A DNA stretch of 35,112 nt, taken from the IMG/VR virus record IMGVR_UViG_3300050196_000027, positions 1 through 35,112 of that record. One strand, written 5' to 3'. The translations under genes and the position numbers were made by a program. The stretch comes from a virus (Duplodnaviria > Caudoviricetes). Of this stretch, positions 28,265-35,112 are shown piece after piece; position 1 is the stretch's first letter; the number at the start of each line of letters is the position of its first letter. The notes under the pieces were generated by a model. The model saw nothing but the letters and a program-made list of their open reading frames with translations. It was not told the DNA's origin and made no database searches.

Positions 28265-28672
28265 TTACTTCTTAAAGGAGAACTCTCCATAGTCAGAAGC
28301 TTTTTGTGCATTCCCATGCATTGTTTGTTCAATTTCATCAATAGCAGCTTGTTTTGAAAGCTGATCTTCCTTATACCATTCATCACGCTGTCGCATGACT
28401 ATAGCACGAGTGCCTTTACCAACAGAAATAGAACTAGCAGAGCCTAGGGAAGTAGGAGAGTCAACACGCTTATCACCAACAGAACCAACCTCATCTTCTG
28501 GAACAATTTCATATCCAGCTTCTAAAAGTCGTTCAACTCGGTCTTCTACGTCATTGACAATTCGATAAGTGTATCCATCCTTCTTATTTTTAATAGAAAG
28601 TCTATTACGTGCGGATAGAGGAACACGTTGTGGGCGCGCACTTGCGGCTTGGGGAGTTGATTGTCTACTCAT
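28265..28672 (-). CDS. Hypothetical head-module protein
   Basis: GYTYRIVND...AGYEIV; AGGAG SD. Confidence 0.65.
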   Translation of the reverse strand: MSRQSTPQAASARPQRVPLSARNRLSIKNKKDGYTYRIVNDVEDRVERLLEAGYEIVPEDEVGSVGDKRVDSPTSLGSASSISVGKGTRAIVMRQRDEWYKEDQLSKQAAIDEIEQTMHGNAQKASDYGEFSFKK

Positions 28673-28685
28673 AACATTCTCCTAA

Positions 28686-29471
28686 TTAACTACGTTCCTT
28701 GATGGCCTTTAGGTCAGCAAGATACTTTTCTTTGGTAATGGTTCCACTACGGACCAGCGTATTCATAATATTACGCTCTTGTTCTGTTAATGAGGACTCT
28801 ACAGAGGTTGAACCTCCACGACTTCCAGATGCTCCACTATTTGTAAATGGGGCGTCTGCCTTATTAGGATTAACAAATTTCTGGGGGAATTCCTTTTTTA
28901 CAGCTTGTGAAACTTGTTTCAACACTTCTGCAGGTGGAAGACCCTTTTGTGCTAGCTCAGTACCTAAGTCATCAGCAAACTTACGCATGTAACCTGTGGT
29001 TTCATACCACCGATTTTGATTTTTCCATGATGTAAATTCTGGATGTTCTGTAGGTGTATCAACTAGTGGCTTTTCTTTGATTTCCTTAATAGCATCAGCC
29101 TGTTTTTCAACACCCTTGATCTCTTCATCAAGAGCAGTAAAACGAGGACCATCACCTTCCGCAATAGCAACTTCTCGCTCTTTCTTTAGAGCTGAAATTG
29201 CACGTTCATACTCAGTTTCTCTTACTGTAGTATAGTGGGTCTTAAGGGCCTCAAGAGCCTTTCGTACTTCTTTAATCTCACGACTTTGGTGAGAAATCTT
29301 ATCAAATAGAGGTTGTCTACGAACAAACTCTTTTGCATCAATAAACTCGTCTTCAGGACCATCAAAATTATCCTTAGAACGCCAACCCATTTCAAGAGCC
29401 TTTTGCTCTACCTCGTTAAACTGAGGAGTACCCTCAGAGCCAGTATCTTCTACTTTAACTTCTTCAGTCAT
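28686..29471 (-). CDS. Putative scaffolding protein
   Basis: Acidic coiled-coil protein (ALEMGW...FIDAKEFV) between portal and MCP; GGAG SD before ATG 29471. Confidence 0.65.
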   Translation of the reverse strand: MTEEVKVEDTGSEGTPQFNEVEQKALEMGWRSKDNFDGPEDEFIDAKEFVRRQPLFDKISHQSREIKEVRKALEALKTHYTTVRETEYERAISALKKEREVAIAEGDGPRFTALDEEIKGVEKQADAIKEIKEKPLVDTPTEHPEFTSWKNQNRWYETTGYMRKFADDLGTELAQKGLPPAEVLKQVSQAVKKEFPQKFVNPNKADAPFTNSGASGSRGGSTSVESSLTEQERNIMNTLVRSGTITKEKYLADLKAIKERS

Positions 29472-29472
29472 A

Positions 29473-29790
29473 TTATTCTCCAAATACGCAGATTACATCT
29501 TCATCATTAATAATGAGATATACAGTTTCATCTGCTGGGTCTTGTACAAATTTACCACCAAACTTAGCAAAACCAATGGTGTCACCAACTTTTGCATCCC
29601 CAATATAATCTTCATGACACTTAGGACCAATTTGTAGAATAGTTCCCTTATCTACATTGATTTGTTCCTTACGTTCCGAAAACTCTGGAAGAACAATACC
29701 TGCCTGCTTTGCAGCAGCAAATACCTTATCATGTTCTTGAATAGTGTTTGGCTTAATCAGGACTCTACATCCTGTTACTGAAATTGTCAT
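29473..29790 (-). CDS. GroES/Cpn10-like co-chaperonin
   Basis: RVLIKP, GIVLPE, GTILQIGP, KVGD.I.FAKFGG and YLIINDEDVI motifs. Confidence 0.85.
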   Translation of the reverse strand: MTISVTGCRVLIKPNTIQEHDKVFAAAKQAGIVLPEFSERKEQINVDKGTILQIGPKCHEDYIGDAKVGDTIGFAKFGGKFVQDPADETVYLIINDEDVICVFGE

Positions 29791-29984
29791 AGACCCTCCT
29801 CAAAGGAAATACCTAATACATCCCGAAGAGCAGCAATGTAACCTTGCCGATAGCGAAGTCCCTCTGCATCCACTGCAATTAGTTCTTCTTTGATATCTTC
29901 CACTCTTTGGGAAATTTCTGATTTAAAGAACCGAGTTACCGGACTTTCGTTCCACTCTTGGAACTCGTGTTTTGAGATTGTAAT
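29787..29984 (-). CDS. 65-aa hypothetical protein with probable ATT start, absent from the ORF track
   Basis: TAAGGAG, 8 nt, then ATT ACA ATC...; reads (M)TISKHEFQEWNESPVTRFF...YRQGYIAALRDVLGISFEEGL; ATGA overlap with the GroES-like gene. Confidence 0.65.
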   Translation of the reverse strand: MTISKHEFQEWNESPVTRFFKSEISQRVEDIKEELIAVDAEGLRYRQGYIAALRDVLGISFEEGL

Positions 29985-32023
29985 TTGATTTGCTCCTTAG
30001 CATGGGTTAATTTTTGCTCATGTGTTTGCTGTTGTTGTTGCAAGGATTGAGCCTGTTTAGCAGCTTCTGTAGCTAAGAACATTCTATTTTTAGCTAGCTC
30101 AGAAGCACTTTGAATAACGGAACTTTGCTGTGTTTCTTGCATATGTTGGGCATGTTCTTGAGCCTTCATAGCTAGTTGTAGCTGTGCATCCCGTCCTTTT
30201 AATTCCATATCTTGTTGTTTTGCAGCCATGTCCAATTGAGCCTTTTGTTGGTCTAGCTGACCCTTTTGTTGAATAGCTAGAAGTTTAGGATCAGGTGGTG
30301 CTGGTGGAACTTGTCCACTTTGCTGTACCTCTGCACTTAGAAGTTTTTGCCAATTTGGCTGTTCTTGTGCTTCTAAAATTCTAGAAATAACTTCAACTGG
30401 ATTCATAATTTGACCAAAAGCTTGTAAAAGTTCTGCAAGACCCATAGCTTTTTGTAATTTTTCTTGATTACTCACAGCGTTAGGATCAGCTCCTGGAAAA
30501 ATGTCATAAGTCGATAGATCAAAATCACTAGGATCAACTGTGTCGTCTAAAACTGCTACGTATTTCTGTGGATCAAGGTACATTTTATTAAGTTTAAATA
30601 TTTTTAAGAACTCTTGATCGAGACTTCTATAAATTCTCTTATAAACTGCAGTAAAGACTTTCATTCCTTGCTCAACTGTAGCCATTGTAGTAGTCGCTGG
30701 TGTATTTTGTCCTGGCATTTTACCAGTAAAAATTTCAGCAACGCTCGCAAGCTCTTTTCCAGAAGTAACAAGTGTTCCCATTAATTCAAAAAGAACATTA
30801 CTTGGCTCTTTAGCTGGTAATGGAACAATTTGTTTGCGTAAATCATCACCAGTAGCATTTACTGGTTTCCATTCTCCAGGAGCAAAGGAACTTCCACCCA
30901 TTTTAATCTTAAGGGCTTTACCAATAAAACCACTTTGAAGATTATTTAAGCTCCCTGAATCAATAAGCTGATTGATAAGACTATTAACAGCTTCATTAAT
31001 CGGACCCAAGAGTACCCCAAAACCAATATCATAGAAACTACCATCAGGATTTGGAACAAATCCAAACTTAGTATACATATGAATTGGATTGATTTTAGCA
31101 ACTTTTTTATCATCATCAGTAAGAACTACATCATCCCTTGTATGTCTACGGTAGATAGATAAAACTTTTCCTGTAGTATATTCAAAAGTTACAATTACAG
31201 GAGCTGGGTACTCATTTTCTTTTTCCCCATTAAGCTTTAAAAAGGTATGTTGTTCTACAAGAACATAAGGAAGTGTATCATCTGTAGAAGTATATCCATT
31301 AGAGTCTTCTAGCGGAACTGGATCACCTAAATCTACATTACGAAAAATCTTTAGTGCTTGGTTTTCCTGTAAGACACGCTTACTCATTTCAATAATTTCA
31401 GACATTCTGTCTGATGTTTCAAGACTTTTTGTCCAATAGTTTACTACAAAGTTTTTTGGAAGAATAAACTTAGAACAGACTTTATCTTCACTTCTATCAT
31501 ACCAAGTTTTCTTAAAGACACAGCCAACAATTGGTAGCATGGAGAGCATCTTATCCATGTCTTCTTCCCAACCATCCATTTCTTCAAGAAGTTGGTAAGA
31601 CATATACTTTGCAATACGCTGTCCCTTCTTAAATTTTTCTCCAGATGGATCGCTACCAATAATTTTAGCATTTACAAGTTTACCATTAGAAGGGACTAAA
31701 CTAGGATAGGCTCTAGCATTAAATTGCATAGCAGCCGTAGTTAAAAGAGGATATTTTACATTAGCAGCATTGGGCCAAGGATAACTTTTTTCTTCTCTAT
31801 GTTGATTAGCAAGTTTAATCCAAGTTTCTAATGCTTCTTCCCAATCTGCACGACTATTTAAATCAAGTTCAAATCCTTGCTTACAGTCTTGACCAATTTT
31901 AATTAAAACTTCATCAGAAAGAGTTTCAGCATAGTTCTTATTTAGGAAATTAATATCCTGTCCAGACTCCTCGTCCGGTGTTTGGACTTCCTGAGGATTC
32001 ATATTCAAGTTCATATTCTTCAT
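29936..32023 (-). CDS. Portal protein
   Basis: About 690 aa after TerL; YPWPNAANVKYPLL..AA.QF.ARAY and NQLIDSG.L.NLQ.GF motifs; Gln-rich helical C-terminus (P22-like barrel). Exact start uncertain. Confidence 0.85.
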   Translation of the reverse strand: MKNMNLNMNPQEVQTPDEESGQDINFLNKNYAETLSDEVLIKIGQDCKQGFELDLNSRADWEEALETWIKLANQHREEKSYPWPNAANVKYPLLTTAAMQFNARAYPSLVPSNGKLVNAKIIGSDPSGEKFKKGQRIAKYMSYQLLEEMDGWEEDMDKMLSMLPIVGCVFKKTWYDRSEDKVCSKFILPKNFVVNYWTKSLETSDRMSEIIEMSKRVLQENQALKIFRNVDLGDPVPLEDSNGYTSTDDTLPYVLVEQHTFLKLNGEKENEYPAPVIVTFEYTTGKVLSIYRRHTRDDVVLTDDDKKVAKINPIHMYTKFGFVPNPDGSFYDIGFGVLLGPINEAVNSLINQLIDSGSLNNLQSGFIGKALKIKMGGSSFAPGEWKPVNATGDDLRKQIVPLPAKEPSNVLFELMGTLVTSGKELASVAEIFTGKMPGQNTPATTTMATVEQGMKVFTAVYKRIYRSLDQEFLKIFKLNKMYLDPQKYVAVLDDTVDPSDFDLSTYDIFPGADPNAVSNQEKLQKAMGLAELLQAFGQIMNPVEVISRILEAQEQPNWQKLLSAEVQQSGQVPPAPPDPKLLAIQQKGQLDQQKAQLDMAAKQQDMELKGRDAQLQLAMKAQEHAQHMQETQQSSVIQSASELAKNRMFLATEAAKQAQSLQQQQQTHEQKLTHAKEQIKLQSQNTSSKSGTKVR

Positions 32024-33443
32024 CTTCCATTTCTTGTTGGGTTGGAGCTTCTACTAAACTATCTAACATCATACCAAGATATGCAAAAGCATCCACTTGG
32101 TCATCTTTAGTAGCTCTAGGAAACTTTGCTAGTTCATCTTCAAAAGCACCATACCAATCTCCGTGCTTATCAAATTTAATAGTATTTGCTCTCATACGAG
32201 CTTGAATTGACCTGGCCCGAGCCATCTTATCTTTACCCTTATGCTTCAACATAAGCATACTAGGATATACACCAGTTGCTAACATTTCTTCACGAAGGAA
32301 TGGGCCAATGGATTTAGATACTTGCATTTCTTCCAAACCAAAGAGTTCCGGATTATAAACACGTTGTAAAGAAATAATAGTATCTACAATTTCTCGACCG
32401 TCAAGTCTTTCTCTGATGACATTCCTAATTTGAATATTTTTATCCTCATCAATACCAGCTACAACAAAAACTGAGTAGTCAGCATTCTCTTCTTCCGAGA
32501 TTGCTAAATCTCCTGTAATATAGTAGTGTAAAGATTTCTTTTTATCTTCTGGAGTAAGAGCAATGAAATCATGTCTTTTAAAGAACGCAATAGTTTCATC
32601 AATCGGTTCATTTAAGATTTCTTGGGAATATACATCGGGAATACCACGAGCTGTATAATCCTCTTTCATAGCAATGAATTTTTCTTTTGTCCACATTTGG
32701 GGCCATAAGATTTCTGTAAAAGTCTCATTATGTGCTCTATATTTTACAGAAAGCCAAGCAGACTTTTTTTCACTCCACATTTTAAGTTCTGAAGTACGGG
32801 TCCACCTATCATGGTCTTTTGGCATTAAATTATTTAGAAAACTATCTTCATGAAGAATAGTTCCAACAATTCTAATGATACCTTTACTAGATAAACAAGG
32901 AAGACAAGCACCATAAAACCAGCGCTTAAATTTATCACGTCTATCTTTATTCATGACCATTTCATCATTCTCAAGGTCATCACCCATAATAAGGTCAGGA
33001 CGCTTATTATTCCATTTTAAACCCCGGAGCTTCTGTTCCGCCCCACGGGCTGTAATACGAAATAAATAACCGTCCTCACACAAAACAATTACATCGTCTT
33101 CAGTATCTTTAGTAAATTCTTTAATTTTAAAAAGAATTCGTAAGCGTTCATTATCTGCCAATTCCTTTTTGATATCTGCTAGGAATTGAGAAGCTTGGCT
33201 TACAGTATCAGAAATAAGAAGGGCATAGGACCTTTCTCTAAATACCATGCAAGCTAGTAAGTAAGTCAGTGTACAAGCTGTAGATTTAGCATGTCTACGT
33301 GGAGCAGCAATTGCAATTTGTGGGTTGTTACTGCAAAACATTGTCCACCATTCATAATGACATGCTGGGCTTTCCACAGCTCCGTCAAAGTTCTTTTGTA
33401 GGAGGGAAGAACTAAACCCAGCAATAACATCAGCAGTTAACAT
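31950..33443 (-). CDS. terL: Terminase large subunit
   Basis: Walker A APRRHAKST, Walker B LIMGDDLE, VGT coupling motif and nuclease acidic motifs GDLA and DDQVDA. Confidence 0.93.
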   Translation of the reverse strand: MLTADVIAGFSSSLLQKNFDGAVESPACHYEWWTMFCSNNPQIAIAAPRRHAKSTACTLTYLLACMVFRERSYALLISDTVSQASQFLADIKKELADNERLRILFKIKEFTKDTEDDVIVLCEDGYLFRITARGAEQKLRGLKWNNKRPDLIMGDDLENDEMVMNKDRRDKFKRWFYGACLPCLSSKGIIRIVGTILHEDSFLNNLMPKDHDRWTRTSELKMWSEKKSAWLSVKYRAHNETFTEILWPQMWTKEKFIAMKEDYTARGIPDVYSQEILNEPIDETIAFFKRHDFIALTPEDKKKSLHYYITGDLAISEEENADYSVFVVAGIDEDKNIQIRNVIRERLDGREIVDTIISLQRVYNPELFGLEEMQVSKSIGPFLREEMLATGVYPSMLMLKHKGKDKMARARSIQARMRANTIKFDKHGDWYGAFEDELAKFPRATKDDQVDAFAYLGMMLDSLVEAPTQQEMEDEEYELEYESSGSPNTGRGVWTGY

Positions 33444-33516
33444 GGTGCTCCCTAAATGAATCGAACACTTATCTCCGGACTACAAAACCGGAATAATACC
33501 ATTATACTAAAGGAGC
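33443..33516 (-). tRNA. tRNA-Thr (anticodon TGT)
   Basis: Minus strand GCTCCTT TA GTATAATGGTATTAT T CCGGT TTTGTAG TCCGG AGAT AAGTG TTCGATT CATTT AGGGAGC A CCA: full cloverleaf with encoded CCA. Confidence 0.88.
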
Positions 33517-33520
33517 TAGT

Positions 33521-33949
33521 TTAACTTGCAGTTCCCTGTTTCTTATCATATGACCGCATAGCACTAAGTCCTAAAAGACCAAATAGAGCTTGTAGAGTCA
33601 CTGTAGTATCAATTAAAGGAAAGGCACCAGAGTAATGAAGAAATACCATACATCCAAAACGAGCAAGGGGTTCAAGAATAGTAGCATAAGCAAAAGCAAC
33701 ACCACATACCCAAATAACAAAAGGCCTTCCTCTGGAAACGAATTTATCAGACGAGCCAGCATCAATTTTATTAACATCAATTTGTGCTTTTAATAGTTCC
33801 GTATCTGAGGCAAGTTTTGCAAGCTCACCATTTTGTTGTAGTTTAAAAAGTTCAATTTTAGCTTCTTGAGCTTTAGCAGGATCAGGAAAAATCTTATCGA
33901 GTACCTTTGATCCAAAGTCAAAAACACTACCAAGTCCAGTTAAGTCCAT
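33521..33949 (-). CDS. Holin (GTA 3TM holin-like)
   Basis: DKIFPDP, FVSRGRPFVIWVC and GLLGLSAMRSYDK motifs with hydrophobic helices. Confidence 0.8.
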   Translation of the reverse strand: MDLTGLGSVFDFGSKVLDKIFPDPAKAQEAKIELFKLQQNGELAKLASDTELLKAQIDVNKIDAGSSDKFVSRGRPFVIWVCGVAFAYATILEPLARFGCMVFLHYSGAFPLIDTTVTLQALFGLLGLSAMRSYDKKQGTAS

Positions 33950-34236
33950 TATTTTTTCCCATCATTACGTTTCATACTGCCATTTTTATTTCTAGAAAAA
34001 CTTCTATTTTGATGAGCAGATACTACACGTAAGTTACTTCTACTATTACCACCACCTTTAGAAAGAGCCCTTTTATGGTCTACATCTTTACCATCACCTT
34101 TATGTGCAAGCCCTGCTTTTTCCATAATGCGCCTTGCGGCGTTCTGCTCAGCACGCTTCTTTTTAACTTCTGGCTTAGATGTATATTGAGCTACTTCACG
34201 CTTGTAGTCCCGTTTACCATTTTTCATGAAGGGCAT
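33949..34236 (-). CDS. Small basic HNH-type protein
   Basis: DVDHKRALSKGGGNSRSNLRVVSAHQNRS. Confidence 0.75.
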   Translation of the reverse strand: MPFMKNGKRDYKREVAQYTSKPEVKKKRAEQNAARRIMEKAGLAHKGDGKDVDHKRALSKGGGNSRSNLRVVSAHQNRSFSRNKNGSMKRNDGKK

Positions 34237-34769
34237 TATTCTTCCTCAATTTCTTTTGATTCAACGTCTACAACGTCTTTAGTTTTCATTTTATGCCATT
34301 TGGCAAATTCTTTAGCTAGAGCAGAGAGGGTGTCTTTAATGGACTCTGAAACTTCGATCTGCTCATAAGATTCTTTTCGGTTCATATGTTGTCTTGTCAT
34401 CAGAGTATTAGCTACATTAGCAGTGTCTCTCATAGAAACTGGTCTTCGTACAAGTTCACCAGTTTTATTGTTTAGGACAAGTTCACCGTTTGTTAGTCTG
34501 TCTTCTATAGTTTCTAAAGATTTATCTACAATGATAGAGAGTTTAGAGTCAAGAACATTCTGTTGTTCTTGTCTAGCAACTAGTTCAAACTCTTTCCACC
34601 AATCTGTTTTACGCCATCTTTGGATGGTGTCATAGGGAATAGAAGTCATAGCAGAGACAAGTCTAAGGTTCCCTAAAGCTACAGCTTTAGAAACAACATC
34701 TTGTTTAACTTCAATAGAGTAGGCTCCTCCTGTTGAGACAGGATTAGCAATTATAATTTTATCAGACAT
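34236..34769 (-). CDS. Putative terminase small subunit
   Basis: N-terminal HTH-like segment (IPYDTIQRWRKTDWW); first gene of the packaging operon; TAAGGAG SD. Confidence 0.65.
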   Translation of the reverse strand: MSDKIIIANPVSTGGAYSIEVKQDVVSKAVALGNLRLVSAMTSIPYDTIQRWRKTDWWKEFELVARQEQQNVLDSKLSIIVDKSLETIEDRLTNGELVLNNKTGELVRRPVSMRDTANVANTLMTRQHMNRKESYEQIEVSESIKDTLSALAKEFAKWHKMKTKDVVDVESKEIEEE

Positions 34770-34799
34770 TAAGTCTCCTTAGACAGAGTATATGCTTAC

Positions 34800-34828
34800 A
34801 TTATAACATACTTATTTAGAAAAGTCAA
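34800..34828 (-). promoter_or_regulatory. Sigma70 promoter for the structural operon
   Basis: TTGACT, 17-bp spacer, TATAAT with extended TG; about 30 nt upstream of the terS ATG. Confidence 0.85.
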
Positions 34829-34861
34829 GTGTTTACTATAAAAATATATAAAAAATATTTC

Positions 34862-34890
34862 TTGACTTTTCTTAGATTTTATGCTATTTT
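34862..34890 (+). promoter_or_regulatory. Divergent sigma70-like promoter
   Basis: TTGACT, 17-bp spacer, TATTTT with extended TG. Confidence 0.55.
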
Positions 34891-35015
34891 AAAATATATT
34901 ATTATATTATATATATTTTCTTTCTTTTCTTTATTTCTTTTTATAGACCTTTTTCTTTCTTTCTTTTCTTTCTTTATCCAATGGGAGCAGCTCATGTTCT
35001 CCTGCTGCGACCCCA

Positions 35016-35108
35016 ATAGCCCTAAAACCTCTTTAAACACCCCTAGAAGGCTCTATCTACCCTAAAGGTATACACAGGTAGCCATAGCCCTAAATAATGG
35101 CTTTAAAC
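35016..35108 (+). repeat. Short direct repeats (ATAGCCCTAAA...CTTTAAAC x2; CCCTA x4)
   Basis: ATAGCCCTAAA at 35016 and 35084; CTTTAAAC at 35031 and 35101; CCCTA at 35020, 35041, 35060 and 35088. Confidence 0.55.
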
Positions 35109-35112
35109 CCCA

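Noticed and set aside
34829-35065. 78-aa Phe-rich ORF
   Set aside because: It is a translation of the AT-rich promoter region and the polypyrimidine tract, without an SD.
1-35112. CRISPR array, integrase, reverse transcriptase/DGR, phage RNA polymerase
   Set aside because: I saw no regularly spaced repeats and none of the diagnostic motifs in this window.

Overview
The window is about 35 kb of an AT-rich, apparently lytic podovirus-type dsDNA phage genome with two convergent arms. The + arm (1-10736) carries replication and nucleotide-metabolism genes: DnaB-like helicase, a family A DNA polymerase split into two ORFs, tRNA-Gly, a putative SSB, a Zn deaminase, 5'-3' exonuclease, HNH, metallophosphoesterase, DUF3310, ThyX, MazG-like, SLOG, a stand-alone (class II-like) ribonucleotide reductase and an Ntn peptidase. 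The - arm (34769-10773) is the packaging/morphogenesis/lysis operon: TerS, HNH, holin, tRNA-Thr, TerL, portal, GroES-like, scaffold, major capsid, two tailspikes, P22 gp4/gp10-like tail proteins, three putative ejection proteins and a GH19 endolysin. The arms meet at a bidirectional terminator. The layout resembles Zobellviridae-like podoviruses (inference, not searched). Main signals absent from the ORF track: (i) a tRNA-Thr whose acceptor stem and CCA end contain the Shine-Dalgarno and the first base of the terL start codon; (ii) an in-frame TAA-ATG split in polA; (iii) two genes that appear to need non-canonical starts (CTG, ATT); (iv) a near-consensus sigma70 promoter inside the polymerase palm coding sequence; (v) mirror-image divergent promoters and CCCTAAA repeats at the right end. 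All product calls come from motif recognition by eye, with no database search.
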